NCBI GenBank assembly: GCA_038230915.1
Contig: JBBRMI010000019.1
Location: forward strand, 3,444 to 67,443
DNA length: 64,000 nt
Direction of reading: 5' to 3'
DNA from: Polyangiales bacterium
GTDB lineage: Bacteria; Myxococcota_A; Polyangia; Polyangiales; Polyangiaceae
The translations under genes and the position numbers were made by a program. Under the pieces are notes generated by a model. It was not told where the DNA came from. It made no database searches and worked only from the letters and a program-made list of their open reading frames with translations. Below, in pieces: positions 29,534 to 40,400 of the stretch (positions within the stretch are counted from its first letter, which is position 1; each line of letters opens with the position of its first letter).

Positions 29534-29920
29534 GTGATACCTTGCGGACGTGTAGCAATCCGCTGGTCGCTGGAGGATTTAGAGGAGTGGCTCCTGATTG
29601 GATCCACGCTGGTCGAGGGCTCCACGCTCTCGGAACAGGACGCGCGGGATGTGCTCGCCGGACTCACGGTGAGCGGCCACCCAGTAATCGAAGCGCGCGA
29701 GCTACTCAACTACCGCGCAGGCACGGCGTGGTTGATGGAGCAGCTCGAACGCTCGCCCTATGTCTCTCAGGACCTCGTCCGCGACTTCCATCGGCGCTTG
29801 CTCGATGGGCTGGCTGACGATGCGGGACACTTCAAGACCCGACAGAACTACGTGCTGCGCTCCGACGGTTCGCGCCACGATTACCTACGCCCCGGTCCCG
29901 TGGCAGAGGCCCCAATTAAT
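29534..29920 (+). pseudogene. Truncated Fic-family protein (N-terminal half only)
   Basis: 'STLVEGSTL' inhibitory-helix-like motif, 'EARELLNY', 'DFHRRLL', 'AGHFKT'; ends before any HPFxDGNGR. Confidence 0.7.
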
Positions 29921-32900
29921 GGAGCCGTTAGTTGGCGCTTCCGCCACAGGAAGTAGATCGGGGGGTAGACGAGCAACTCCATGATGAAACTCGTCACGAG
30001 CCCGCCCACCATGGGCGCTGCGATTCTCTTCATCAAGTCGGCTCCTGTTCCGGTCGACCACATGATGGGCAAGAGACCGAGCATCGCAGCGCAGACCGTC
30101 ATGGCTTTCGGGCGCACGCGCTTGACTGCCCCGTGCACGACCGCTTCCACGAGGTCTTGCACGGTGTTGAGTCGGCCCTCCTTTTTGAACGCGCCGTGTG
30201 ACAAGTCCAAGAACAAGAGCATGAACACGCCAGTCTCCGCGTCGAGCCCCATGAGCGCAATCAAGCCGACCCAGACTGCGATCGAGATGTTGTAGCCGAG
30301 CAGCCACAAGAGCCACAACGCGCCCACTCCCGAGAACGGCACCGCGAGCATCACGATGCTGGCCTTGAATGCGGACTTCGTATTCATGAACAGAAGAGCG
30401 AAGATCAGCACGAGCGTGAGCGGCAAGATCAGCTTCAACCGTTCGCGCACTCGGAGCATGCTCTCGTACTGACCACTCCAGGCCATGATGTAGCCGGGTG
30501 GCACCTTCACGTTGGACGTCACCGCGCGCTTGGCGAGCTCGACGAAATGACCCACGTCGACTTTAGCCGTATCGAAATCGACGCAGACGTAGCCGGCAAG
30601 CATTCCGTTTTCGTCCCGAATCATCGACGGTCCGTGCGCCAGGCCGACGTCCGCAATCTCCTCCATCGGGATCTGCCCGAGGCCACTGGGAAGCGGCAGG
30701 AGCACGCGGCGCAAGGCCTGAAGATCGTCGCGGTAGTCGCGGGCGTAGCGTACGTTGATGCCGTAGCGTTCGCGGCCCTCGACCGTCATGCTTTGGTTGT
30801 CGCCGCCGACCGCGGTCATGACCATCGTGTTGGCGTCGTCGATTGACAGACCGTACCGCGCGAGTCGGTCGCGCTTCAGGACGAAGTCGAGAAAATAGCC
30901 GCCAGCGACCCGTTCCGCGTAGGCGCTGCGAGTGCCAGGAACGCGGGCGACGACCGCCTCGGTTTCCTTGGCGATGCGCTCGATGGTCGCCAGATCGGCG
31001 CCCATGATCTTGATACCAACTGGCGTACGAACGCCGGTTGACAGCATGTCGAGTCGCCCCTTGATCGGCATCGTCCAAGCGTTGGACATTCCCGGGATCT
31101 GCAACGCTTGATTCATCTGGTCCTCGAGGTCGCTCGAAGTGAGCCGGTCGCGCCAGAAGCTGCGAAGTACGCTCTTGAGCCAGTTCGGCGCCCAGGCCGA
31201 GTACCAGCGCGGCTTCTCTCGCCATTGGCTCTCGGGCTTGAGCAGCACGGTGGTTTCCATCATCGTGAAGGGCGCTGGATCCGTGGAGGTATTGGCCCGC
31301 CCTGCCTTACCGAAGACGCGCTCGACCTCGGGAAATGTCATCAAGATCTTGTCCTGCAGCTGGAGCACCTTCTCCGCCTCGGCTACCGACATACCGGGCT
31401 CCACCGCTGAGGGCATGAACAAGATGCTGCCTTCCGTCAGTGGCGGCATGAACTCGGAGCCGAGCCGCGCGTACAAGGGAATCGCGCTGGCGACGATCAG
31501 GAACGCCGTAGCAATCGTAGCTTTGGGGTGGCGCAACACGAAGCGGCACGGCCCTTCGTACAAGCGGTGCAGCAGACGACTGACTGGATGTCGTTCTTCG
31601 GAGTAGTATTTCCCGACCAAGACTTGGGTCGCGATCCAGGCCAGAAACCGCGGTCTAAATCGAAACGGCTCGATGCGCGCGAACAGCATGCGTAGCGCTG
31701 GGTCGAGCGTGATCGCCAGAAACGCCGCGATCCCCATGGCCAGCGTCTTGGAGATCGCGAGCGGCCTGAATAGGCGGCCCTCTTGATCCAGCAAGGTGAA
31801 GACCGGCATGAATGCGACCGCGATGACCATCAGGGAGAGGAAGACGCCCGGGCCGACTTCCATCAGCGCCGCTAGCCGAACTTGGTGAAAATCGCCCTGT
31901 TGGCCGTCTTTCTGCCAGTGGTAGATCTTGTTGTACGCGTTCTCCACTTCCACGATTGCGCCGTCGACCAGAACGCCAATCGAGATCGCGATGCCCGACA
32001 GTGACATCAGGTTCGCGTTCAGCCCCATCAGCTTCATGGGAATGAACGTCAGAGCCAACGCCACCGGGATCGTGACGATCGGAATGATTGACGACGGAAA
32101 GTGCCACAAGAAGATCAGAATGATGATCGAGACCACGATCATCTCCTCGAGCAGCTTGTGCTTGACCGTATCGATCGCGCGTTCAATCAGCTCCGAACGG
32201 TCGTACGTCGTGACGACCCGAACGCCGCTCGGCAGCGACGCCTTCACGTCCTCGAGCTTGGCCTTGACGCGGGCGATGACGCTGAGCGCGTTCTCGCCCG
32301 CGCGCATCACCACAATCCCTCCCACGGCGTCGCCCGTGCCGTTGTAGTCCGCAACGCCCCGACGCATCTCGGGGCCAAGGGTGACTTTCGCCACGTCCCT
32401 GATCAGCACCGGAGTGCCGCCGCTCGCCCGCAGCACGATGGCCTCGATGTCGTGGATGTTCTTGACGTAGCCGCGACCGCGCACCATGTACTCGCGTCCC
32501 GACAGCTCGACCAGGCGCCCGCCGACGTCGCTATTCCCCGAGCGAACTGCGTCGATGACCACGTTCAGCGGCAGCTTGTAGGCCGCCAGTTGGTTCGGAT
32601 TGACGGTCACCTGATACTGGCGAACCTGCCCGCCCACGGTAGCAACTTCGGACACCCCAGGCACGCTCTGCACCGCGTAGCGCAAGAACCAGTCCTGGTA
32701 AGAACGCAGCTCATCGGATGAGTGTTTGCCCGTATCGTCGACGAGCGCGTATTGAAAGACCCAGCCCACGCTAGAAGCATCTGGCCCGAGCTCGACCTTC
32801 ACGCCAGCGGGCAGCTGGGGCGTGATCTTCGACAGGTATTCCAGGACGCGCGTGCGCGCCCAATACGGGTCCGTGCCATCTTCGAAGATGGCGTACACGT

Positions 32901-33171
32901 AGCTGTAGCCGAAGTCTGAAAAACCACGGATCGCCTTGATTTTCGGGGCGCCGAGCAGTGCGGTAGTGATCGGATACGTGACCTGGTCTTCGATGATGTC
33001 GGGGCTTCTGTCCCAGCGCGAATAGATGATGACCTGAGTGTCCGAAAGGTCCGGTAGCGCATCGAGTGGAATGGTGCGCATCGACCACCAGGCGACGACC
33101 AGCGCGACGACCGTGCCCGCGATCACGAGGTAGCGATTCGCGGCCGAGAAGCGGATGATTGCCTTGATCAT
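29881..33171 (-). CDS. cusA: CusA/SilA-family heavy-metal RND efflux permease
   Basis: 'DALPDLSDTQVI', 'LGSEFMP', 'TDPAPFTMMET', 'RIAAPMVGG'. Confidence 0.93.
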   Translation of the reverse strand: MIKAIIRFSAANRYLVIAGTVVALVVAWWSMRTIPLDALPDLSDTQVIIYSRWDRSPDIIEDQVTYPITTALLGAPKIKAIRGFSDFGYSYVYAIFEDGTDPYWARTRVLEYLSKITPQLPAGVKVELGPDASSVGWVFQYALVDDTGKHSSDELRSYQDWFLRYAVQSVPGVSEVATVGGQVRQYQVTVNPNQLAAYKLPLNVVIDAVRSGNSDVGGRLVELSGREYMVRGRGYVKNIHDIEAIVLRASGGTPVLIRDVAKVTLGPEMRRGVADYNGTGDAVGGIVVMRAGENALSVIARVKAKLEDVKASLPSGVRVVTTYDRSELIERAIDTVKHKLLEEMIVVSIIILIFLWHFPSSIIPIVTIPVALALTFIPMKLMGLNANLMSLSGIAISIGVLVDGAIVEVENAYNKIYHWQKDGQQGDFHQVRLAALMEVGPGVFLSLMVIAVAFMPVFTLLDQEGRLFRPLAISKTLAMGIAAFLAITLDPALRMLFARIEPFRFRPRFLAWIATQVLVGKYYSEERHPVSRLLHRLYEGPCRFVLRHPKATIATAFLIVASAIPLYARLGSEFMPPLTEGSILFMPSAVEPGMSVAEAEKVLQLQDKILMTFPEVERVFGKAGRANTSTDPAPFTMMETTVLLKPESQWREKPRWYSAWAPNWLKSVLRSFWRDRLTSSDLEDQMNQALQIPGMSNAWTMPIKGRLDMLSTGVRTPVGIKIMGADLATIERIAKETEAVVARVPGTRSAYAERVAGGYFLDFVLKRDRLARYGLSIDDANTMVMTAVGGDNQSMTVEGRERYGINVRYARDYRDDLQALRRVLLPLPSGLGQIPMEEIADVGLAHGPSMIRDENGMLAGYVCVDFDTAKVDVGHFVELAKRAVTSNVKVPPGYIMAWSGQYESMLRVRERLKLILPLTLVLIFALLFMNTKSAFKASIVMLAVPFSGVGALWLLWLLGYNISIAVWVGLIALMGLDAETGVFMLLFLDLSHGAFKKEGRLNTVQDLVEAVVHGAVKRVRPKAMTVCAAMLGLLPIMWSTGTGADLMKRIAAPMVGGLVTSFIMELLVYPPIYFLWRKRQLTAPLIGASATGPGRR

Positions 33172-34688
33172 GGCTTGGGAACGGCGGGCTCGGCAGTGGC
33201 CGGCAAGACGCGGGCACTCTCGGGGGCCGCGGGCGAGGCCGTACCGGCCGAAGTCTCAGCAAGCGAGGCGCGGAGTCGCGATTCGGAGTCGACTAGGAAG
33301 TTCGCGCGAGTCACGACTCGTTCACCCAGCGTCAAGCCGCTCAGGACCTCGACGCGCGTGTCATCGCTCGCGCCGAGCTTCACGAGCCGAGGCTGGAATT
33401 TCCCGGCTCCAATCGCCACGAACACCAGCTTCCTGGTGCCAGAGTCGATGATCGCGTCGGGGGGAATGCTGAGCCCTTCTCGAGGCGTGCCGAGCAGAAC
33501 CACCTCACCGAACATGCCCGGTCGGAGCTCGCCGGTGGGATTGGCGAACGCGAGGCGCACCGTCACGGTTCGGGTTTCTGGGTCGAGCAGCGGGTCGATG
33601 AACGTCGCCTTGCCCTTGAACTCACGATTCGGAAACGCGGTCAGCTTTAGGGTCGCGGGCATGTTCTCCGCTACGAAGCGCAGCTCGCTTTCGTACACGT
33701 CAGCCAACACCCAAACCGACGACAGGTCGACGATTTCGTACGGCATCGCGCCCGCGTCGAGCTTCATGCCCTCGACCACGTCCTTCTTGGTGACAACGCC
33801 CGCGAGCGGTGAGTAGAACGTGAGCGACTTCTTTACTTCGCCGGTACTCGCAAGTCGGGTAATGGCGGACTCCGGGACGTCCCAAAGCGCCAGCTTGCGA
33901 CGCGCGGCGCTAAGCAGACCGTCGCCGTCGTTTCCAACGCCGGACAGCGCCGCCTTCGTCTTCAGGGCAACCAGGTACTCACCCTGAGCCGCCAAAAGCT
34001 CAGGGCTATACATCGAAAATAGCGGGTCGCCCCTTTTGACTCGCTTGCCGACGAAGTCGACGTAGACGCGCTCGACGAAGCCCGACACCTTCAAATTGAT
34101 GTGTCGGACGCGTGTCTCGTCGATCGCAACTCGACCCACGGTGCGCCACGCTCCGCCAACAGGGCCCTGAGTCACCTCCGCGGTGCTGAGCCCGATCAGC
34201 TGCTGCCGCGCTGGGTCGATCTCCACGACGGCGAGTCCCGGAAGCGCCGGACTCGCGCCGGCCTCTTCCGCGTACACTGGCACGTAGTCCATGCCCATTT
34301 CGTCATGGCGCGGCGTCTTCGACGTCACCTTGGGGTCCATGGGCGAGCGATAGAAAAGAATTCGGCGCGCTTCGGGGAGCTTGGCGACCGCGTCCGAGCT
34401 CGACTTGCTGTTATTGATCTTGACCAGTTTCATGCCGCAAATCGGGCAATTACCCGGATGGTCCCGTATAATCGACGGGTGCATGGGACACTGGTAGAGC
34501 GTCGCGATCCCCGTCGGTGCACCCGCCCGCGCTCCCGACCGAAGCTGATACGAGACCGCGAGCGCGGCCGGGATCGCAACCGCGGCGCTGAGCACAGCGA
34601 CCATGGCCAATGCGCGAGTGCCGAACGTGCGCTTCGTGCGTGGCACAACCGGGATGTCGGTGGGTGGGATTGTCATGCTGACCTTCAC
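33168..34688 (-). CDS. cusB: CusB-like periplasmic adaptor with heavy-metal-binding domains
   Basis: 'YQCPMHP...CPICGMKL', 'FYRSPMDP...DEMGMDYVPVY', 'NFLVDSES'. Confidence 0.9.
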   Translation of the reverse strand: MKVSMTIPPTDIPVVPRTKRTFGTRALAMVAVLSAAVAIPAALAVSYQLRSGARAGAPTGIATLYQCPMHPSIIRDHPGNCPICGMKLVKINNSKSSSDAVAKLPEARRILFYRSPMDPKVTSKTPRHDEMGMDYVPVYAEEAGASPALPGLAVVEIDPARQQLIGLSTAEVTQGPVGGAWRTVGRVAIDETRVRHINLKVSGFVERVYVDFVGKRVKRGDPLFSMYSPELLAAQGEYLVALKTKAALSGVGNDGDGLLSAARRKLALWDVPESAITRLASTGEVKKSLTFYSPLAGVVTKKDVVEGMKLDAGAMPYEIVDLSSVWVLADVYESELRFVAENMPATLKLTAFPNREFKGKATFIDPLLDPETRTVTVRLAFANPTGELRPGMFGEVVLLGTPREGLSIPPDAIIDSGTRKLVFVAIGAGKFQPRLVKLGASDDTRVEVLSGLTLGERVVTRANFLVDSESRLRASLAETSAGTASPAAPESARVLPATAEPAVPKP

Positions 34689-36037
34689 ATGCTCGAGGGC
34701 GACGCTTCACTTTGGCCGTCGCGAGCCGTTGTCATCCCAGACGAGCTCGCCGCCTCGAGTGGCATCGGGGACGCCGCAAGACTCACCTCGACCTCGGCAA
34801 TCAGCAGCCGTTGAGCCGCCGCGATGGACTCCAGATACGCTTCCTGGTCGGCGATATAGCTTGCGTTGGCTTCCAGCACGGAAGCGAATGACAGTTTGCC
34901 CACTGCATACTGGGTGAGAGTGCTTTCACTGATGGCCGCCGACTGAACGAGCAAGGCCTGCTGGTACAGGTCGACTGACTGGCGCAACGAGGAGAACGCG
35001 ACTCGCCGTTCCGCGCTGCGCAGAAGGAGCTGCTGCTCAATTGCGCTGACTTCATTCTTGGCCGCGCCCAACCAAGCTTCGCTTTCGGCGACCGCGCGGT
35101 TCTGTTTGCTGCCGGCAAATAGCGGCAGCGGGCCGGCAACCGTCGCAAGCCACATCGGCGGTAGTTGCCCGCGGTACATGATGCCGGCACTCACCGTCAG
35201 GTCCGGGTAGTAGGACTTGCCAGCCAGCGAGAGTGCACTGGCCGCGCGCGTCGTTGCAAGGCGAGCAGCGGCAAGCTCGGGGCTGCGCGCGATAGCGCGC
35301 TGCGACGAGAAAAAGCGTTCTAGTGGAAGGAGCGTCGCGAGGTCTTGTACATGGGTCCCGCTCGTGTCGATCGGGTCGGCGAGCGGGCGGACCCGGAGTC
35401 GATTGAGCGCTTGCACCCGGCTCTGCTCTCGAGCCTGCAGCGCAAAGCGGCGCTGTGCGATGCGATTGAGCTCGAGCTGCGCGCGCAGCACGTCCGACTG
35501 CGGGCCGCCCGTCGCATACCTCGACTGCGCCACGCCTCGTGAGCGCCGCCAGATGACCTCGAGCTGATCCAACAGAACGAGGCGATCGCGAACGAGGATC
35601 AGATCGAGGTACGCGCGCCGGACGTCGGCCTCGGTGGACAACTGCACGCGAGCGACGGCCTTCAGATTCTGACTAGCGGCTAGCTTAGCGACGTCCTCCC
35701 GCAGCCCCAGCTTGCCCGGCCATGGGAAGGTCTGAGAGGCCATGAACGAGACGAAGCTCGTGCCCATTCGCCCAATCTCAATGCTGCGAAAGCCGTCGTT
35801 CTGGATACCGACCTGCAGCATCGGGTCTGGCAGTGCTCCGGCTTGTGACACTCGCTCCTGGTTCGCGTGCGCGACGGCCTTCGCCTGAGCCACCTCCGGC
35901 CGGGCTGCGAGACTGTCTGCGATGAGCTTGGTCAGAGTCGCGTCGGTGGGAAGCGCTGGCGATGCCGCTTGCGCCCAAGCTGGGCGGCTCAGCGCGAGCA
36001 AACACAACACGACTGCGTTCCGCACAGCAGCTCTCAC
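34685..36037 (-). CDS. TolC/CusC-like outer-membrane efflux protein
   Basis: Signal peptide, 'GALPDP', 'SQTFPWPGK', 'YYPDL'; coupled to cusB. Confidence 0.88.
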   Translation of the reverse strand: MRAAVRNAVVLCLLALSRPAWAQAASPALPTDATLTKLIADSLAARPEVAQAKAVAHANQERVSQAGALPDPMLQVGIQNDGFRSIEIGRMGTSFVSFMASQTFPWPGKLGLREDVAKLAASQNLKAVARVQLSTEADVRRAYLDLILVRDRLVLLDQLEVIWRRSRGVAQSRYATGGPQSDVLRAQLELNRIAQRRFALQAREQSRVQALNRLRVRPLADPIDTSGTHVQDLATLLPLERFFSSQRAIARSPELAAARLATTRAASALSLAGKSYYPDLTVSAGIMYRGQLPPMWLATVAGPLPLFAGSKQNRAVAESEAWLGAAKNEVSAIEQQLLLRSAERRVAFSSLRQSVDLYQQALLVQSAAISESTLTQYAVGKLSFASVLEANASYIADQEAYLESIAAAQRLLIAEVEVSLAASPMPLEAASSSGMTTARDGQSEASPSSM

Positions 36038-36411
36038 TCGGCGACCAGCTCGCCAGATACCATCCCCATCGCACACGAGTAGCGGATCGGGCCCGGCTTG
36101 GTCGGGGTGAACGTGATCTCTACCGGCTGGTCCTGTGGCAGCGGTTTGTTCACGCCAAAGTCCTTGATCACGATGTCAGTCGCGCAGGTGTGCTCGACTT
36201 TGCGCGTGACGACCAGCGTAACGGGTTGCCCGATTTTGAGTCGGGTTTGTGAAGGAACGAACCCGTCCGCGGTCACCGTGATCGCAACGCGGGCTGCGGG
36301 GCCCGTCGCTGACGCGGGCTGCTCGGGGGTGGGTGTCTCGCGATTGCAGGCTGACAGAGCGAATAGGCCAGCAAACATCAGCAGACTAGTGCGATCAAAG
36401 AGCGGAGCCAT
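36034..36411 (-). CDS. Cupredoxin-domain lipoprotein
   Basis: 'LSAC' lipobox, 'GFVPS', 'TCATDIV', 'YSCAMGM'. Confidence 0.85.
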   Translation of the reverse strand: MAPLFDRTSLLMFAGLFALSACNRETPTPEQPASATGPAARVAITVTADGFVPSQTRLKIGQPVTLVVTRKVEHTCATDIVIKDFGVNKPLPQDQPVEITFTPTKPGPIRYSCAMGMVSGELVAE

Positions 36412-36486
36412 GGTGAATCCTTTCTGCAAGAACAAGTCCGATCGGGATTCGGCGGCACCGCCGGCACGCTGCGAGCCCCGAACGCG

Positions 36487-37056
36487 CTACCCGCAGCAGG
36501 AATGCTCTCTCATGCCTTGATGTTTGGTTGCTTCCAGACCGCTCTTGGCCTTGCCGACTTCACTGATGGCACCGTGAGCGATGACGAGGAATTGGCCCGT
36601 TTTGATCTTCGTTTCGTACTCAATCACGCTGTCCTTGGGAATGCCGATGCTGTAGAGGCCTGCGCCGACCGCGCTCAAGCCGCCGACAACCACTGCGCCT
36701 TCGAGCGCGCCGACAATCCAACCAACCAGCGGTCCGGCGGCGAGCAGCGGCCCGACACCTGGGATGAGGAAGAACGCGGACCCGAACATCATCCCCCAGA
36801 GGCCGCCCCAAAAGGCGCCATTCTTTCCCCAGGCTTTCATGCGGTCACCGGTCGTGTAGTAGCCGACGACTCCTTCTTCCGTTTGGGTGTCCTTGCCGAC
36901 GATCGAGAGTTGCTTCATGTCGACTCCGGACTTGCTGAGGTCACGAACGGCTTGCTCTGCCTGCTCGTGAGTAGCGTAGACGGCGACGACCGCGGTCTTT
37001 TCCGACGCTTCAGAGCCAGTTACCTTCGTTGCGACGTGTTCGGTTTGTGCTTGCAT
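36487..37056 (-). CDS. General stress protein 17M-like / DUF1269-like membrane protein
   Basis: 'LSIVGKD', 'WGKNGAFWGGLWG', 'IPGVGPLLAAGPL', 'SIGIPKDSVIEYE'; GGAG RBS. Confidence 0.8.
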   Translation of the reverse strand: MQAQTEHVATKVTGSEASEKTAVVAVYATHEQAEQAVRDLSKSGVDMKQLSIVGKDTQTEEGVVGYYTTGDRMKAWGKNGAFWGGLWGMMFGSAFFLIPGVGPLLAAGPLVGWIVGALEGAVVVGGLSAVGAGLYSIGIPKDSVIEYETKIKTGQFLVIAHGAISEVGKAKSGLEATKHQGMREHSCCG

Positions 37057-37143
37057 GATGAGTCTCCTTGGTCCGAGTGCATTGAATCGGTGATCGAATT
37101 CGGGTGGGGGGGCTGCCCTCCTGGTCGACGGAATCGAATATAT

Positions 37144-37275
37144 TTATCGAGATTTTCTTGCTCTAATCCGTGACCAGACGATCAGCGCGAGCAAGATGGG
37201 GACGAGGGCCCACCAGACACCCATGCCTCCCATGTGTCCTCCTCCCTGCCACCAATGCCCATGCGCCGCGTTCAC
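37144..37275 (-). CDS. 43-aa His/Met/Gly-rich single-TM microprotein (not in the ORF track)
   Basis: [43 protein letters not shown]; GTG start overlaps the copA TGA. Confidence 0.6.
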   Translation of the reverse strand: MNAAHGHWWQGGGHMGGMGVWWALVPILLALIVWSRIRARKSR

Positions 37276-39662
37276 AGGCTTGCTCGTTTCAAGCGAAGCG
37301 CGTTAGCGACGACCGATAGGGAGCTCAGGCTCATGGCGGCCGCCGCGATCATCGGACTCAGCAGTAGCCCGAACGCAGGGTAGAGGACGCCGGCGGCGAT
37401 CGGGATGCCGGCCGCGTTGTAGATGAACGCGAAGAAGAGGTTCTGCTTGATGTTACCCATCGTGCGCCGCGAGAGTCCGCGTGCGCGCGCGATGCCGCGC
37501 AGGTCACCCTTCACGAGCGTGACGCCAGCGCTCTCCATCGCGACGTCTGTCCCGGTGCCCATGGCGATGCCGACCTGCGCCTGGGCTAGTGCCGGCGCGT
37601 CGTTGATGCCGTCGCCGGCCATTGCGACAATTCGGCCCGTGCCCTGCAGCTCTTTCACCTTCGCAGTTTTTTGGTCGGGCAAGACTTCGGCCATCACCTC
37701 GTCAATGCCGAGCTTTTTGGCGACTGCCTTTGCGGTTGTCTTGCTATCGCCGGTCATCATCACGATCCGCATGCCGTCTCGATGCAGCGCTTCGATTGCC
37801 GCCTGCGTGCTCGCCTTGATCGGATCAGCAACACCAATTAGTCCGGCGGGCTTGCCGTCGGCGGCGACGAACATCACAGTTTGGCCATCCGCACGCAGCT
37901 CTTCAGCGCGCGCCACGAGGGCTCCGGGGTCGACGTTGAGACTCTCCATCATCGCGCGATTGCCAAGGGCCACGTCGCGGCCGTCGACGCGCCCGCGGAC
38001 GCCCTTGCCAGTGATCGACTCGAAGCCTTCTGCACTGCCGAGCGCGACGCTGCGCTCCTCGGCACCCTTGACGATTGCCGCAGCCAGCGGATGCTCGCTG
38101 CCCTTCTCGAGCGTCGCGGCCAAGCGGACGAGCGTCGCTTCATCGGTGCCGCCGTCAGCGACGACGCTAACCAGTTTTGGTTTGCCTTCCGTCAACGTCC
38201 CTGTCTTGTCGACGACGAGCGTGTCGACTTTGCGCATCAGCTCAATCGCCTCAGCGTTCTTGAACAGGACGCCCATGCTCGCACCCTTGCCGGTCGCAAC
38301 CATGATCGACATGGGCGTCGCGAGCCCCAGCGCGCAAGGGCAAGCGATGATCAGCACCGCGACGGCGTTGATCAGCGCGTGAGCCATGCGGGGCTCGGGG
38401 CCAAAGAGAGCCCAGACCCCGAAAGTGAGTACTGCGATCCCGATCACGGCGGGCACGAAGTAGCCGGCCACGACGTCTGCCAACTTCTGGATCGGAGCGC
38501 GGCTGCGCTGAGCCTCCCCAACCATGGCGACGATCCGAGAGAGCAACGTTTCTGCGCCGACTTTCTCGGCGCGCATCACCAGGCTACCGGTGCCGTTGAT
38601 TGTCGCACCCACCAGTTTGTCGTTCGCCTGCTTCTGCACCGGGATAGGCTCGCCGGTCACCATCGATTCGTCGATGCTGCTTTGTCCTTCAATCACCACC
38701 CCGTCCACGGGCACTTTTTCGCCTGGCCGGACTCGAAGTCGATCACCGACCTTCACGGCGTCGAGCGGCACATCCGTTTCGGTTCCGCCCTTGTCGATGC
38801 GTCGAGCTGATTTTGCTGCCAGGCCGAGCAGCTTCTCAATCGCGGCACCGGTTTGGCTCCGCGCGCGAAGCTCCAGCACCTGCCCGAGCAGGATCAGGGT
38901 GACGATAGTCGCGGCCGCTTCGAAGTAGACAGCGACCTGCCCCTCGTGCCCGCGGAAGGAGGCCGGAAACATTTGCGGGAATAGCGCCGCGATCACGCTG
39001 TAGCCAAACGAAACGCTGACCCCGAGCCCGATCAACGTGAACATGTTCAAGCTGCGATTCACGACCGATTGAACCGCACGAACATGAAATGGCCACGCCG
39101 CCCACAGACAAACCGGCGCTGCGAGCCCGAGCTCGACGAAGACTCGCACGCGCACGGACATGAGCGACTCGAGCGCTCGTTCGACGAGTGGGACGTTTTC
39201 TCCCATCGTGATCGCCAGCAGCGGCACCGCGAAAAGGAGCGCCACCCAAAATCGCTGCGTCATGCTTCGCAGCTCGGCGTTCTCACCACCGGCCACGCCG
39301 CTCGCGGTGCGCGGTTCGAGCGCCATGCCGCATTTCGGACAACTGCCGGCGGCATCGCGACTTATCTCGGGATGCATGGGGCAGGTCCAATCGCCCCCGG
39401 GCGGCGCTTTGGCTGGCTTTGCCGCTTTGGTCGGCTTTGCCGAGTGCGGAGCCTCGGACTTCACCTGCTCGAGTGCCATGCCGCATTTCGGACAGGCGCC
39501 GGGCCCAGCCTGCCGAATCTCTGGATGCATCGGGCAGCTATAGGAAACGGTCGGAGTTGAAGCCGGCGCCGCGGGCGGAGGCGCCGACGAGGGCTCGGTA
39601 ACCGTTTCCAGCTCGGGTTCCGAATCGGGGGTCGCGTGATGAGGCTCGCTGTGTTCTTGCAT
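37272..39662 (-). CDS. copA: Cu(I)/Ag(I)-translocating P1B-type ATPase
   Basis: Two '[16 protein letters not shown]' domains, '[12 protein letters not shown]', 'DKTGTLT', 'SEHPL', 'YN...MAAAM-like' TM motifs. Confidence 0.95.
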   Translation of the reverse strand: MQEHSEPHHATPDSEPELETVTEPSSAPPPAAPASTPTVSYSCPMHPEIRQAGPGACPKCGMALEQVKSEAPHSAKPTKAAKPAKAPPGGDWTCPMHPEISRDAAGSCPKCGMALEPRTASGVAGGENAELRSMTQRFWVALLFAVPLLAITMGENVPLVERALESLMSVRVRVFVELGLAAPVCLWAAWPFHVRAVQSVVNRSLNMFTLIGLGVSVSFGYSVIAALFPQMFPASFRGHEGQVAVYFEAAATIVTLILLGQVLELRARSQTGAAIEKLLGLAAKSARRIDKGGTETDVPLDAVKVGDRLRVRPGEKVPVDGVVIEGQSSIDESMVTGEPIPVQKQANDKLVGATINGTGSLVMRAEKVGAETLLSRIVAMVGEAQRSRAPIQKLADVVAGYFVPAVIGIAVLTFGVWALFGPEPRMAHALINAVAVLIIACPCALGLATPMSIMVATGKGASMGVLFKNAEAIELMRKVDTLVVDKTGTLTEGKPKLVSVVADGGTDEATLVRLAATLEKGSEHPLAAAIVKGAEERSVALGSAEGFESITGKGVRGRVDGRDVALGNRAMMESLNVDPGALVARAEELRADGQTVMFVAADGKPAGLIGVADPIKASTQAAIEALHRDGMRIVMMTGDSKTTAKAVAKKLGIDEVMAEVLPDQKTAKVKELQGTGRIVAMAGDGINDAPALAQAQVGIAMGTGTDVAMESAGVTLVKGDLRGIARARGLSRRTMGNIKQNLFFAFIYNAAGIPIAAGVLYPAFGLLLSPMIAAAAMSLSSLSVVANALRLKRASL

Positions 39663-39798
39663 AGGTTCGATCCGCTAAGCCGCGGGCTGGAGTTGGGGCG
39701 CTCTGGTGCGCGCGCTCCGAGCGGGTGCGGCTAGTTGTCCACGCGGAGCTCGAACTGAGCGGGAATGCTCAAGCGGCAAGCCTCGTCCACAAAACTTC

Positions 39799-39814
39799 AG
39801 CAACTAACATGCCA
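39799..39814 (-). promoter_or_regulatory. Sigma54 promoter candidate for the copA-cus cluster
   Basis: TGGCATGTTAGTTGCT on the minus strand. Confidence 0.6.
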
Positions 39815-39849
39815 CTTAAGCGACTGACGAAACGCTGGGCTCGTTCTCA

Positions 39850-40001
39850 ACGGCAGGGTCCTGCTTTTTGCCGGTCATGCCGTCGGCGATAATGGCCGAG
39901 AGCAACGATTCGATGGCGCCGAGCATGGCGATCGCGAAGGCCGCCGAGCCGAGTTGGCTGACGGCACCGAGCGGTAGTGAGCCGGCTCCCCACGGCAGCA
40001 T
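39850..40001 (-). pseudogene. Internal fragment of a SulP/DauA-type anion transporter
   Basis: 'AFAIAMLGAIESLLSAIIADGMTGKKQDP'. Confidence 0.75.
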
Positions 40002-40094
40002 CGGGCGCGCACGGTGAGCTCAGCGCCCCCGTGGTCCCTATGCCGTAGGATAGCGAGCCGCGGTTGGATCAAACCTTGCGTTCAGTGCCGCCCG

Positions 40095-40270
40095 ATGAAC
40101 TCACTAAATCCCCTGCCGAGCCTGTTTGGGCGCTTCACCTCGATTCTGCAGGGACATCATCACCTCGGAAAGACGATCGGTAGTTGCGTGTCATGTGTGC
40201 GGCGCTGAAAGACGGCCAAAGCCGTTTCGCGCCGGAGATCCACGCCAGGCACGACTGGCGGAGCATCTCG
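40095..40270 (+). pseudogene. Frameshifted 5' remnant of a small helical (possibly hemerythrin-like) protein
   Basis: 'MNSLNPLPSLFGRFTSILQGHHHLGKT' continuing in another frame as 'LRVMCAALKDGQ'; preceded by TGGATCAAACCTTGCG (40065-40080). Confidence 0.4.
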
Positions 40271-40274
40271 GCTA

Positions 40275-40400
40275 CCCCGAAACGCAAGAATTGCGCTGAC
40301 CGAACTTCAGCTAGCGCCCGCCGTTGACATCGCGGCGTTCGGACACACGCTGCGCAGCCTGCAAAGCGCCGTTGTTGCCCTTGCGGAGCCCGATCGCACG
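40275..40400 (+). pseudogene. Thioredoxin (TrxC-like) promoter plus deleted 5' coding remnant
   Basis: Homologous to the reverse complement of ~55760-55965 with an 80-bp deletion; reads 'RCAACKAPLLPLRSPIA'. Confidence 0.85.

Noticed and set aside
29066-29956. 296-aa ORF as an intact Fic toxin
   Set aside because: The first half is an off-frame overlap with the monooxygenase, and the Fic part lacks the catalytic HPFxDGNGR motif.
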